NCBI GenBank assembly: GCA_039024555.1
Contig: JBCCQQ010000007.1
Location: 32,001-96,000, forward strand
DNA length: 64,000 nucleotides
From: Cyanobacteria bacterium P01_D01_bin.156
GTDB lineage: Bacteria; Cyanobacteriota; Cyanobacteriia; Phormidesmidales; Phormidesmidaceae
Direction of reading: 5' to 3'
Under the pieces are notes generated by a model that had not been told where the DNA came from, did no database searches, and saw nothing but the letters and a program-made list of their open reading frames with translations. Position numbers and translations under genes: made by a program. Each line of letters begins with the position of its first letter. Within the stretch, counting starts at the first letter, position 1. This document shows, piece by piece, positions 1 through 10,586 of the stretch.

Positions 1-492
1 GAACTTATCAATTTGCATAGCCGCCTGACTCAGCGACAGGCGTCATACATGGGGTGTATCCTTGCTGCCTTTGGGTTACTGGGGTTTACATTGGGAGGCT
101 ACGTTTTACAGTTTGCTGAAAATACTAGCCCGGGTATTGCCTTTACTGGTCTATGGCTGGCAGGTTGTACAGTCTTTTTGAGTTTGATTATTGCCCTGGG
201 CGGTTCACGTCTGTGGCTGCGTCGCCATGGTAGCTGGGCTAACGATACCTTCATTGCCGGAGCTACCCTTTTGCCCATGGGTATGTTTGTGCTTATCAGC
301 CCGATGGTTTTGCTCATCCCATGGCTGTGGTTGTTATTGCTGAGTGTTAGCCTGCACCATACTTTTTTAACCCTTTACAGCGGTTGTCATCACATTCATC
401 ACTATTCTGAAGTGGTAGCTACTTGGCTAACGCCCAGTTTACTTTTTCTCAGCATGAGCCTGGGCTATTTAATGTGGAATACTTGGATATAA
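1..492 (+). CDS. Hypothetical integral membrane protein, probably 5'-truncated by the window edge
   Basis: The frame is open from base 1 to TAA at 490-492 and has about five hydrophobic segments. No family recognised. Confidence 0.6.
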   Translation, partial: ELINLHSRLTQRQASYMGCILAAFGLLGFTLGGYVLQFAENTSPGIAFTGLWLAGCTVFLSLIIALGGSRLWLRRHGSWANDTFIAGATLLPMGMFVLISPMVLLIPWLWLLLLSVSLHHTFLTLYSGCHHIHHYSEVVATWLTPSLLFLSMSLGYLMWNTWI

Positions 493-1173
493 CCATCAAA
501 CTAAGATAGTAAAGGGTTCAAATATTGTTTGACTGTGTAGTATATTTTCTTTTTCATAAAACAGCTTGAGAGTATGCATCGTCTTGAACAGACTATACTT
601 CAGCCGTTCCTGTTTTAGGACATGCAATGGATTGTCGATCTCATTAGACTGCAAGACTTGGAATTGAAAATAATCCTAGGATTTACTCATGCCAGTGCCC
701 TAAGTTCGTAAAAAAATAGATTTCTAGGTGCTGTGACTTGATTAGACGCAATAAATATAAACCCTATGTACAGAGAAAATTTCAGTAATAACAGGTAGCC
801 TTCCTCAAGCAAAAACTTTAAGACAACTTACAGATATTTCACTCTGTTCAAAGGGTACTCTATGTGCTGTTAATGCTGAAAGCATAACATACGCTAATCA
901 GTAGGATAACTAAAACATGGTTGATAACAGGCTCATAAGGTTCTGAATAGTTGTAGCACTCATATCTTTTTTGTCATCTCTTCATATTCAATCAATGTAT
1001 CTCGTGTAAACAAAAGGTTTTCATCGATAGGCATAGCCTGACTATAGATCGGCCAAAGCGCTGAATAATCAATGAACACCTAGAATTCAGTGATTATTCT
1101 AGATGCAGAAGCTTACTTATTTAGGCAGACTTGTATGAGATAAATCTTATGGTAAGTGTGAGTTCCCCAAGAT

Positions 1174-2424
1174 ATGCCATCTCTACAAATTAGAAACGAT
1201 TTAGGAAAGAGAATTAACTACTACAGGGAGCAACATTTTACAGGCATTCTTTCAGTTGTCGTAGAATCAAAAGCTCCATGGTATATCTACTTTCTGGCTG
1301 GACAAATTGTTTGGGTAAATACACAAACACAGTCAAAACAACGATGGCATAGACAACTTTCCATACACTGCCCAAAGCTGCTTCAACCCAAATATAATCC
1401 TGCAAAGAGAGTAACCTACAGTGATTTAGTTAAATTGGTCAGGCATAAAAAATTTGACCGTCGCCGCTTTTGTGACATCGTTGCAGGCTATATTTCAGAA
1501 AATCTATTCGACATTATTCAACAGGGAACTCTGGAATTTCAACGCTCAAAGACACCATTGAGCTACAAGGTAAGCTCGCGAGACGCTGCCAGCTTCCCAT
1601 ATATTAACCTGCGGCACAGACACCTCTGGGAGCAAGTTCTACAAAGCTGGCAAGCTTGGGAGGAGCTTGATCTACTCGATGTTCAACCAAACCAAGTTCC
1701 CGTAATTGTAAATTCCACCGTATTACGACAGCATATTTCTCCTAATCTACTGCAATATTTATCAACGTTAAAGGAGCAACGCCAGACGCTTCGGGATATA
1801 GCAACAAAGCTCAATCAGCCTCTGACTCTAACATCTTTAGCGGTGTCGATTGTGCCTCACATACGGAATAACTTGATTCGTATGGTTGAACTTGAAGACT
1901 TGATTGCGGGTAAAGTTGCTACATCTGGCACCCTTTATTCTGGCCAGACCGCTGCTAATGCTAACAGCCCCGCATCTAATCATTCAAAACTCTCAGGCAA
2001 TGGTGCTCTAGTTCTCTATATTGACGATAGCCCAACAGATAGTCAGAAAATGGCAAATATCGTCGAAGGCGCTGGATATCGTTACATTAATATCGCTGAC
2101 CCCCTGCAGGCGTTACCCAAGCTATTAGAGGTTAAACCTCAAATCATCTTTTTAGATCTGGTAATGCCCATTGCCAACGGATACGAGCTATGTGCTCAAA
2201 TTCGTCGAATTTCGGCATTCAAAGATACCCCCGTCATTATTGTTACTAATAATGACGGTATTGCCGATCGCGTACGTGCCAAAGTAGTCGGTGCTTCTGG
2301 TTTTATGGGCAAACCTATTAGCCAACAAAAAGTACTAAAGATACTCAAAAAGTGTACGTTTGGTCATACTAAGGCTTACACAGCGATTAAACAGCCCCTC
2401 AATCTTGCCGTCTCAGCCTCATAA
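1174..2424 (+). CDS. PatA-family response regulator (PATAN N-terminal domain + C-terminal receiver), PixG/PilG-like
   Basis: N-terminal FTG.L...WYIYF..GQIVW pattern. Receiver motifs YIDDS, IFLDLVMP (Asp codon 2155-2157), GYELC and KP. First gene of a che-like cluster. Confidence 0.9.
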   Translation: MPSLQIRNDLGKRINYYREQHFTGILSVVVESKAPWYIYFLAGQIVWVNTQTQSKQRWHRQLSIHCPKLLQPKYNPAKRVTYSDLVKLVRHKKFDRRRFCDIVAGYISENLFDIIQQGTLEFQRSKTPLSYKVSSRDAASFPYINLRHRHLWEQVLQSWQAWEELDLLDVQPNQVPVIVNSTVLRQHISPNLLQYLSTLKEQRQTLRDIATKLNQPLTLTSLAVSIVPHIRNNLIRMVELEDLIAGKVATSGTLYSGQTAANANSPASNHSKLSGNGALVLYIDDSPTDSQKMANIVEGAGYRYINIADPLQALPKLLEVKPQIIFLDLVMPIANGYELCAQIRRISAFKDTPVIIVTNNDGIADRVRAKVVGASGFMGKPISQQKVLKILKKCTFGHTKAYTAIKQPLNLAVSAS

Positions 2425-2490
2425 GAGAATAACAGCATGTGGCACTTAAACATTGCTGTAGATACTGTACACCCAACAGATAAAAATACT

Positions 2491-2853
2491 ATGATCACCG
2501 CCTTGATTGTGGAAGATAGTTTTACAGACAGAGAGCGACTAACTCATTTTTTACAAGAGTCTGGAATAGCTGTCGTAAAGGCTACGAGTAGTGAAGATGC
2601 CTTACACAAGCTCCAAAACAAACGACCTGATATGGTTTTTTTGGATGTTGTTTTACCAGGTCAAAGTGGGTTTGAGTTTTGTCGCAATCTAAAGACCAAT
2701 ATTCAAACTCAGAGTATTCCTGTAGTGATTTGCTCTATTAAAACCACTGAAGCTGATAAGCTTTGGGGTTCAATGCTTGGAGCTGATGCTTATTTGAGTA
2801 AGCCGATAGATCCACAACAACTACTTGCTACGGTGCAGCAAGTTATAGGATAA
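2491..2853 (+). CDS. Single-domain CheY-like response regulator (PixH/PilH-like)
   Basis: IVEDS, VFLDVVLPG, GFEFCR and KP motifs. ATG 2491 is preferred to 2437 because the receiver fold begins there. Confidence 0.9.
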   Translation: MITALIVEDSFTDRERLTHFLQESGIAVVKATSSEDALHKLQNKRPDMVFLDVVLPGQSGFEFCRNLKTNIQTQSIPVVICSIKTTEADKLWGSMLGADAYLSKPIDPQQLLATVQQVIG

Positions 2854-2863
2854 ATCTTAAAAA

Positions 2864-3403
2864 ATGACAGTTGCTACTAATTTTTTAGAGCTTGAGTTTA
2901 ACAAACTTAGCTTCAAAGCTGATCCACTCGGATTGGACCCAATCCCTGAGGATACAAGACAACGATTTTTACGGTTCCAGCTTTTAGAAGGATATAAAAC
3001 ATTCTTGTCGCTCCAAAGTATTTTAGAAATTCGACATTTAAGCACCTCAAGTATTTTATCAATTCCAGACATCTCTACACCCATGCTAGGCGTTTGTAAC
3101 TGGCGTAGTGAGATTCTTTGGTTGGCTGATTTAAACGCACTAGTTGGCAATATACCTCTATGGCATATGCACCCATTATTAGAACAAGCAACCGTAATTA
3201 TTGTGGAGTTCAATCAAATAAAAATTGGGTTAGTCGTAGAGCAAGTAGACGATATTGATCTACTTGAGCCTCAAGATATTCAGCAACAAGATTGGTGCCC
3301 TTCCGAACTGACTCCTTATGTTGCAGGTTGTTTAACAAACCCTGAAGGTGTGATTTTAGATGCAGCTGCTATTGTTGAGCATTTACTTCAGAAGAGAACC
3401 TAG
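2864..3403 (+). CDS. cheW: CheW-like adaptor
   Basis: FLRFQL, LGVCNWRSEILWLADL and IGLVVEQV match cyanobacterial CheW. Lies between CheY and the MCP. Confidence 0.9.
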   Translation: MTVATNFLELEFNKLSFKADPLGLDPIPEDTRQRFLRFQLLEGYKTFLSLQSILEIRHLSTSSILSIPDISTPMLGVCNWRSEILWLADLNALVGNIPLWHMHPLLEQATVIIVEFNQIKIGLVVEQVDDIDLLEPQDIQQQDWCPSELTPYVAGCLTNPEGVILDAAAIVEHLLQKRT

Positions 3404-3470
3404 ATTGTTGTTTCAATATATTCTAACCATCGCTAAAGTCGTCTTAATAGTTTTATAGTTGTAAAACCTC

Positions 3471-6400
3471 ATGTCACAGCTTACTCATAATTCCTCAGAA
3501 CAAAACCCTGATAAGCTAGAATCCATTCTTCATATGGATACATCCTTTCAAAATTTAGACCTTGAACTTAATGAGCTAATCCTCTCTGAGGAAGACATTT
3601 GCTTAGATAGGGACGTACCTCAAGGAGATTCTGAAAAACACAGGGTTGAGATATCTAAGGCACTTCCGCTAGTAACTCAATCTATACCATTTACAGCAAA
3701 CCAAGGGAAGCGGCCTTTTGCCATCGCAAATATCATGGCACAGGCCAACACCCTAGAGAACCTTTATCAAATCACTGTTACGGAACTGCGCAAACAATTC
3801 GAAGTTGATAGAGCTGTCATCTATCAATTTCAATCTCCTACCTATGGCACAGTAATCGCTGAATCTGTTGCTGCTGCTTATCGACCAGCCTTAGGCCAAA
3901 CAATGGCAGCTCTTGCCTTCGGCTCCGTTAATATTAAAAGCTACGAGCAACAGCCCGTTGTGAGTATTTCAGATGCAGCAGAAACTGCCATTAATCCCTA
4001 CCAAATGCAGCTGTATCAGCATCTACAAGTGCAAGCTGCTTTAACTATACCAGTCTTCCTAAAGGATGAACTTTGGGGGCTACTTGTGCTTCAATCTTGT
4101 TCCACCCCCCGTCAGTGGACTAAGCGCGAAATTAGCTGCTTCTATCAGGTAAGCACTGAGCTAACTCTTAAACTGCAAATCCATGAACTAAATAAACAAC
4201 ATCAAAAAGAGGTTGAGGGCGAGCGTTTATTACGTAGAATTATCGAAGAAATAGGTGATTCAGCTGATACACAACAAATATTTGAATTCACGGCTCGCAC
4301 GCTCCACCAATATTTGCACACTGATCGAGTTGTAATCTTACAACTTAATTCTGATGAAAATAATTACAGCAAGAGTGTTGTAGCTGAATCTGTCAGTGCT
4401 AACTTCATTTCCACCCAAGATATATCCCAAAACGAATATTATATCAGCGAGCAGATGAACCACGCCTTTGAGCAAGGTGATGTTTGGAAAAGTGCGGATA
4501 TTTATGAGCAAGGGTTATCCGAGCGTCATCTTGATATGCTAGCGCGTCTGCAGGTGCACGCTATGCTGGTAGTACCCCTATTTAAAGCAGGACAATTATG
4601 GGGTGTCTGTTATGTTCACCACTGCGTGGCTCCTCGTAATTGGAAAGCAACTGAGATTGCCTTTGTTCAGAGAGTTGTTGCTCAGTTAAATATGGCTTTA
4701 CAACAGGCCGATTATATTGAACAAGTTAAGAAAAAAACTCAGCAACTTAAACAAATTGCACACCAAGAGCAACTCATTACTAAAATTACCGAACGGCTGC
4801 GTAAAACGACAGATCTCTCTAAGACCCTTAGAACCGCCGTTCGAGATATCCGTCATATGCTCAATGCAGATCGAGTGGGTCTGTTTCAATTCGATGTTGC
4901 TACCAACTATAGCGTCGGTGAATTTGTTGTTGAAGATGTCGCTAAAGATGTGGCTTCGGCAATGGCCACTAAGGTTCAAGATCACTGCTTCGCCGAGGGA
5001 CAGGCAGAAAACTATAGTAAAGGTCGCTACTGGGTCGTTAACGATGTAGAAACGTTAGATTTACCCGATTGTTTGGTAGAGCTGCTGTCGCAGCTTCAGG
5101 TTCGAGCTAGCCTGGTAGTGCCCTTACTTAAGGGTGATATCCTCTGGGGGCTATTCTGCGTTCATCAATGTAATGGACCGCGTCAATGGCAAGATGCAGA
5201 AGTAGAATTTGTTCATCGTATCGGCGCTCAGCTCAACTTAGCGCTAAAGCAGGCTGATTATATTGAACAAGTTAAGAAGAAGAATCGGCAACTTAAACAA
5301 ATTGCACACCAAGAGCAACTCATTACTAAAATTACTGAACGGCTGCGTAAAACGACAGATCTCTCTAAGACCCTTAGAACCACCGTTCGAGATATCCGTC
5401 ACATGCTCAATGCAGATCGAGTGGGTCTGTTTCAATTCGATGTTGCTACCAACTATAGCGTCGGTGAATTTGTTGTTGAAGATGTCGCTAAAGATGTGGT
5501 TTCGGCAATGGCCACTAAGGTTCAAGATCACTGCTTCGCCGAGGGACAGGCAGAAAACTATAGTAAAGGTCGCTACTGGGTCGTTAATGATGTAGAGACA
5601 TTAGATTTACCCGATTGTTTGGTAGAGCTGCTGTCGCAGCTTCAGGTTCGAGCTAGCCTGGTAGTGCCCTTACTTAAGGGTGATATCCTCTGGGGGCTGT
5701 TCTGCGTTCATCAATGTAATGGACCGCGTCAATGGCAAGATGCAGAAGTAGAATTTGTTCACCGTATCGGCGCTCAGCTCAACCTAGCACTAAAACAGGC
5801 TGAATATTTAGACCAATTAAAAGAGAAAAATACAGCATTAAAGGAAACGGCTGCTCGAGAAAAAGCTTCTAAAGAAGACTTGCAAGAACAAGTCCTGCAG
5901 CTACTATTAGAAGTCCGCCCCGCGCTACAAGGAGATTTAACTGTTCGAGCTCCGGTTACAGAAACAGAAGTAGGTACCGTCGCTAGTGCCTATAATAATA
6001 CCTTGCAGAGCCTTCAAGAAATTGTTGTAGAAGTAAAGCAAGCGGCTGAGCAGGTAGGGCAAACATCTCAGCTCAGTACGAAGTTTGTTAGCTCATTAAA
6101 TGCAGAAGCCCAACAACAGGCACATTCGCTGGAAAATACTCTCAAGCATGTGCAAGAAATTATGAGCTTTACTGAAACGGTTGTAGGAGATGCGAAACGG
6201 GTAGAAGCTGCTGTACAGCAAGCCAATGAAACTGTACAGATCGGAGATACTGCAATGAATCATACAGTGGACGGCATTATTGCTATTCGCTCTACCGTAG
6301 CTGACACTAACCAAAGAATTAAACAACTCAGTGAGTCATCGCAGAAAGTTTCTAGAATTGTTAGTCTAATTGGCAACTTCACGACCCAAACCCAGCTTCT

Positions 6401-6866
6401 CGCAATGAATGCTTCCATCGAAGCAACTCGAGCGGGTAAGTATGGTCGTGGGTTTGCTGTAGTTGCGGATGAAGTCAGGTTTCTGGCTCGACAGTCTGCA
6501 GAAGCCGCAACTGAGATTGAGCAACTAGTTCAAGAGATTCAAGTTAACACAGCGGAAGTTTCTGCAGCTATGGAAACAGGCATCCAACAAGTAGCTACAG
6601 GTACCACTCTGGTAAAAGATGCTCGCCAAAACCTAACAGCAATTGTAGAAGCTACGGGGCAGATTAGTGGGCTGATTCAAGGTATTACCCACACTACCCA
6701 TAAGCAGGCTTCAGAATTTAAAGACATTGCTGTAACTGTAACTCAGGCAACTGAGATTGCTAATCAAACATCGCATAAATCTGAGCGATTGACTCAATCT
6801 CTTCACCAATTGCTATCGACAGCTAAAACTCTACAAGCAGGTACAGATAAATTTAAGGTGGATTAA
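3471..6866 (+). CDS. Soluble methyl-accepting chemotaxis protein with four GAF domains, two of them DXCF-type CBCR domains (PixJ/PtxD-like photoreceptor)
   Basis: Four DR...LWGL repeats. DHCF and a second Cys in GAF3 and GAF4. HAMP-like [13 protein letters not shown] hairpin [31 protein letters not shown]. No transmembrane segment. Confidence 0.93.
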   Translation: MSQLTHNSSEQNPDKLESILHMDTSFQNLDLELNELILSEEDICLDRDVPQGDSEKHRVEISKALPLVTQSIPFTANQGKRPFAIANIMAQANTLENLYQITVTELRKQFEVDRAVIYQFQSPTYGTVIAESVAAAYRPALGQTMAALAFGSVNIKSYEQQPVVSISDAAETAINPYQMQLYQHLQVQAALTIPVFLKDELWGLLVLQSCSTPRQWTKREISCFYQVSTELTLKLQIHELNKQHQKEVEGERLLRRIIEEIGDSADTQQIFEFTARTLHQYLHTDRVVILQLNSDENNYSKSVVAESVSANFISTQDISQNEYYISEQMNHAFEQGDVWKSADIYEQGLSERHLDMLARLQVHAMLVVPLFKAGQLWGVCYVHHCVAPRNWKATEIAFVQRVVAQLNMALQQADYIEQVKKKTQQLKQIAHQEQLITKITERLRKTTDLSKTLRTAVRDIRHMLNADRVGLFQFDVATNYSVGEFVVEDVAKDVASAMATKVQDHCFAEGQAENYSKGRYWVVNDVETLDLPDCLVELLSQLQVRASLVVPLLKGDILWGLFCVHQCNGPRQWQDAEVEFVHRIGAQLNLALKQADYIEQVKKKNRQLKQIAHQEQLITKITERLRKTTDLSKTLRTTVRDIRHMLNADRVGLFQFDVATNYSVGEFVVEDVAKDVVSAMATKVQDHCFAEGQAENYSKGRYWVVNDVETLDLPDCLVELLSQLQVRASLVVPLLKGDILWGLFCVHQCNGPRQWQDAEVEFVHRIGAQLNLALKQAEYLDQLKEKNTALKETAAREKASKEDLQEQVLQLLLEVRPALQGDLTVRAPVTETEVGTVASAYNNTLQSLQEIVVEVKQAAEQVGQTSQLSTKFVSSLNAEAQQQAHSLENTLKHVQEIMSFTETVVGDAKRVEAAVQQANETVQIGDTAMNHTVDGIIAIRSTVADTNQRIKQLSESSQKVSRIVSLIGNFTTQTQLLAMNASIEATRAGKYGRGFAVVADEVRFLARQSAEAATEIEQLVQEIQVNTAEVSAAMETGIQQVATGTTLVKDARQNLTAIVEATGQISGLIQGITHTTHKQASEFKDIAVTVTQATEIANQTSHKSERLTQSLHQLLSTAKTLQAGTDKFKVD
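4704..5795 (+). repeat. Direct tandem duplication, 2 x 546 bp (one GAF unit of 182 aa each)
   Basis: 4704-5249 aligns without gaps to 5250-5795, with 17 mismatches by manual alignment. Confidence 0.97.
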
Positions 6867-6994
6867 GGCGTAACCCCTCTGCCATAGGTTTTGAATGGAG
6901 CTAGTACTTCAAAAAGTATTCGCATTAGCTGTTCGGAATCTGTAAATCATCATGAAAAATCAGTGTACCTACATATCCATAGGTCTAATGAATT

Positions 6995-9900
6995 ATGTCT
7001 TCTGCGTCAGTAATGGCTGTGTCCCAGCAGGTTCCAGAATATTTTCTACAAGAAGCCTCTGAGCTGCTTCAGCAAATTGATAATGAGTTGCAAACCCTGC
7101 GTCAAGCCTTTAGCGTCCAAAAGATGCACCGTTTGATGCGAGCAGCTCATACGCTCAAGGGGGCAGCCGCCAGCGTTGGTTTGGATGCCATTCAAAAGAC
7201 GACTCACTCCTTGGAGGATACATTTAAGGCTCTCTGTGCACCAGATAGTATCCTCACATCTACTGTTGAAGGACTTATTTTTGATGCTTATGATTGCTTG
7301 CAACTGTTGCTTTCAGCTCAGTTAACTAATGCTCAAATTGATGAGTCAGCAGTGTTGGATCGAATGGCTAATGTTGTTGTTAGTCTGCAAGAGAATTTAG
7401 GCGATCAGTTCGGTCAGGATGGTTACTTACCCACCTCCAGCGAACTTGGTTTTGATATGACTCAGGCCATTTTCGAGATGGGTGTGGCGCAAAGATTAGA
7501 AACTTTAGAAAATGCACTCAAAGTTCCTGAATCCGAACAGTTAACTTCTCTCCTACAATCTCAAGCAGACGTATTTTTTGGCTTAGCAGAGTCCTTAAAT
7601 TTGTCTGGTTTTGGTGACATTGCCCAAACTACCATAAAGGCTCTGGAAAATCAGCCAGACAAGGTAGTTCAAATTGCGACAATCGCTCTGAAAGATTATC
7701 GGGCAGCCCAGACTAGCATACTTCAAGGAGATCGTGCTCAGGGTGGTGCCCCAAGCATCGCACTCAAAAAACTAGCGCAGCAAGCTTCATCTAAGGTAAA
7801 AACAAAAATTTACCAATCAAAAACATTACAAAAAAAAAGTGAAGGGACATTTAAGACTAATTGGTTTAGAAGAATATGGCTACGGTTTAATAAACCAGTT
7901 GATAATACTCCAATAGTTGACAATAGGCTAAATCCCACATCAAAAAGCGACTCTAAAAATCCTGAAAAAAACTCGACTCTGAGATTTTCTGAACAAGTTA
8001 AAAGCACTCAGCTAGTGAGTACTCAGGCATTAGATTTAGGAAATCAGACGGAAACTAAATCAACATTATTAGAACCAGCTATATTAAATAATCAACAGAG
8101 TGCTAACTCTTTAGAAAAGGCTGTTTTAGAACCCCCTATTAGTCAACTAAATCATGCTCCCAAAGAAAATATAGAGCTTACCCAAACGATTGCATCAATA
8201 AAGGAATCTGAGACATTAAGAGTATCTGTTGACCATCTTGAACGACTGAACCATGTCATTGGAGAACTTTTAACTCAGCAAAGCCGTCAGACGCTTTACA
8301 ATCAAAATTTAACAGCTGCAACAAAGACGCTTTTAATTCGCTTGGAACAGCAGCAGAAACAACTATATAAACTACAACGCCAAGCTATTCAGCCCTCAAC
8401 AGGTGGCTTTCTGACGGAGCAAAAAGATACTGATCTCCCGTTTGATGCTTTAGAATTAGAACATTACACTCAGCAACAGTTACTTATTCAATCAACCTTA
8501 GATACAGTAATTCAGCAGCGGGAAAGTACTGAAACAATTGATGTCTTTCTGCGCCAGAGTTACCAAGCCTTAGAAAAGCAACACAGCCTGATTAACGCCT
8601 GTCGTGAAACCATGCTGGAAGTGCGCATGCAACCACTTAGTTACCTATTTCAGCGCTTTCATCAGGTTTTAGATCGATTGTCTGTCCAATATAGTAAACC
8701 TATTGATTTACAGATTCAAGGAGGTACTGTCTTTGCTGATAAAACTATTGTTGACAAGCTTTACGAACCTCTCCTTCATCTGATACGTAATGCCTTCGAT
8801 CATGGCATTGAAACACCAGAGATACGCCAACAGCAAAACAAGCCTAATCAGGGGCAGATTAAAATTTCTGCTTATCACTTGGGACAACAGCTAGTTATTA
8901 AGCTGCAAGATGATGGTAAGGGGTTAAATCTTGAAGCCATTGGTCAAAAAGCTGTTGATAATCAGCTGATAACACCAACGGAAATACACCAGCTGACATC
9001 GAGCCAGATTAGTAATTTTATCTTTGAACCTGAGCTGTCTACTGCATCCCAGATCAATGAACTTTCAGGACGTGGTGTAGGCCTAGATATTGTTCGAGCT
9101 CAGATACAGTCGCTAGGTGGTCAGGTAACCGTCGCCCATCAATCAGGTAAAGGCACGTGCTTTACGCTTAAGGTTCCATCCAAATTAACGATTGCCAAGT
9201 TGCTCCTCTGTCGGGCAGGACAACAGCTATATGCGTTAATGCCAGATACCGTTAAACAAATTGTTATACCCACCACGGATCAAATAAAAATATGCAATGA
9301 CAGAAAAATCTTAAACTTAGTAATTGATGGAAAAAAACAGCGTATTTTTGTCACGTCTTTATCAGCTACACTAGCCTATAACAATTTGCTTCCTAACCCT
9401 TTGGCAACAGAGGCGTCTGAATCTACAGATGCTCATCCGATTATTTTAATTCACCATAGGAATCGCCTAGTGGGGCTAGAAATAGAGCAGCTGATGGGTG
9501 AGCAAGAGTTAGTTATTCAATCTTTCAACCATTTTGTGAAACTTCCACCTCATATTTGTGGTTGCAGTGTGCTGCCCGACGGTTCTCTTAGCCTAGTCCT
9601 AGACCCTACTTCATTAGTGCTGAGATTTCTTAAGAGGATTTCTCCACACTCAAATCGAGCGCCCCAGGCTTCGACGCAACTAACTGCTGCTAAAGATCTG
9701 CAGGGTTTCTCTCATCTGAAACCTTCTATTCTAGTGGTTGACGATTCTATTACTGTGCGTAATACGTTAACGCAAGAGCTTAACAAGAGCGGGTATCAAG
9801 TTCTACAGGCAAAAGACGGCAGCGCAGCCCTAGTACAACTAAAGAGAGCTAAAATTGCTGCAATTTTATGTGATCTGGAAATGCCTGGGATGAATGGGTT

Positions 9901-10102
9901 TGACTTTCTCAAGGTTCGGCAGAAAACACCTGAAATTGCTGCTATTCCTACTATTATGCTAACTTCTCGCACCGGAGATAAGCACAAACAGCTTGCCCAT
10001 GAGCTTGGCGCTACTGAGTATATGACTAAGCCCTATCTTGTTCCACAGATGTTGCAAACATTAAGTAATGTCCTACAGACAAAACTTCAAGAAAACTCAT
10101 GA
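6995..10102 (+). CDS. cheA: Hybrid CheA-like histidine kinase (Hpt, HATPase, CheW, receiver)
   Basis: MRAAHTLKG (Hpt), HLIRNAFDHGIE, DDGKG, SGRGVGLD and C-terminal receiver VVDDS...LCDLEMPG. Confidence 0.93.
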   Translation: MSSASVMAVSQQVPEYFLQEASELLQQIDNELQTLRQAFSVQKMHRLMRAAHTLKGAAASVGLDAIQKTTHSLEDTFKALCAPDSILTSTVEGLIFDAYDCLQLLLSAQLTNAQIDESAVLDRMANVVVSLQENLGDQFGQDGYLPTSSELGFDMTQAIFEMGVAQRLETLENALKVPESEQLTSLLQSQADVFFGLAESLNLSGFGDIAQTTIKALENQPDKVVQIATIALKDYRAAQTSILQGDRAQGGAPSIALKKLAQQASSKVKTKIYQSKTLQKKSEGTFKTNWFRRIWLRFNKPVDNTPIVDNRLNPTSKSDSKNPEKNSTLRFSEQVKSTQLVSTQALDLGNQTETKSTLLEPAILNNQQSANSLEKAVLEPPISQLNHAPKENIELTQTIASIKESETLRVSVDHLERLNHVIGELLTQQSRQTLYNQNLTAATKTLLIRLEQQQKQLYKLQRQAIQPSTGGFLTEQKDTDLPFDALELEHYTQQQLLIQSTLDTVIQQRESTETIDVFLRQSYQALEKQHSLINACRETMLEVRMQPLSYLFQRFHQVLDRLSVQYSKPIDLQIQGGTVFADKTIVDKLYEPLLHLIRNAFDHGIETPEIRQQQNKPNQGQIKISAYHLGQQLVIKLQDDGKGLNLEAIGQKAVDNQLITPTEIHQLTSSQISNFIFEPELSTASQINELSGRGVGLDIVRAQIQSLGGQVTVAHQSGKGTCFTLKVPSKLTIAKLLLCRAGQQLYALMPDTVKQIVIPTTDQIKICNDRKILNLVIDGKKQRIFVTSLSATLAYNNLLPNPLATEASESTDAHPIILIHHRNRLVGLEIEQLMGEQELVIQSFNHFVKLPPHICGCSVLPDGSLSLVLDPTSLVLRFLKRISPHSNRAPQASTQLTAAKDLQGFSHLKPSILVVDDSITVRNTLTQELNKSGYQVLQAKDGSAALVQLKRAKIAAILCDLEMPGMNGFDFLKVRQKTPEIAAIPTIMLTSRTGDKHKQLAHELGATEYMTKPYLVPQMLQTLSNVLQTKLQENS

Positions 10103-10566
10103 GTGTAGAAACATCAAAAATCGTAAAATTCATTACCTTTAAAGTCGCTGACTATTGGTTTGTTCTGCCTATGAAGGCAATTCAAAAGATTGTTCATTGT
10201 CCACCTGCTAATGAGGGAGGATTAACGCAGCTGGGTATGGTTCAACTCGGCTGTCATACTGTGCAGTTGCTAGATTTGTACAGTGTATTTGGACTTGGTG
10301 TTGCTGGAAAATTACCGGAGAGTACACCTTTTTTGTTAGTGCTCCGAGGTATCCAAAATACGTTTTGGGGCATTGCTCTCGAATCACCGCCAGATTTGGT
10401 TGAATTACCGCTTAGCGAGTTTCAGACGGTATCAGCCAATCAGCGCTTTGTGCCTAAGAAACAATGGATTAGTCATATTGCTATTCTCTCTGAGGCTAAA
10501 ATTAGTCGCACGTTACTGTTCTTAGATCTACAAGCTGTTTTTCAACCTATGGCCGTTGTGGCGTGA
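10099..10566 (+). CDS. Divergent CheW-like protein
   Basis: ATGA overlap with the cheA stop. FITFKVADYWFVLP, G+VQL and terminal LLFLDL patterns resemble CheW. Confidence 0.75.
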   Translation: MSVETSKIVKFITFKVADYWFVLPMKAIQKIVHCPPANEGGLTQLGMVQLGCHTVQLLDLYSVFGLGVAGKLPESTPFLLVLRGIQNTFWGIALESPPDLVELPLSEFQTVSANQRFVPKKQWISHIAILSEAKISRTLLFLDLQAVFQPMAVVA

Positions 10567-10586
10567 AGGGATACAGTTGTAACCGG

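Noticed and set aside
493..1173. Motility sigma-factor (SigF/SigJ-type) promoter upstream of the taxis operon
   Set aside because: Only weak GGGTA-like matches (for example near 853) were seen, and they cannot be supported without TSS data.
4698..5595. Paired alternative-frame and antisense ORFs (4698-4985/5244-5531 and 4717-5049/5263-5595)
   Set aside because: They recur only because of the 546-bp duplication within the MCP and show no independent coding signal.
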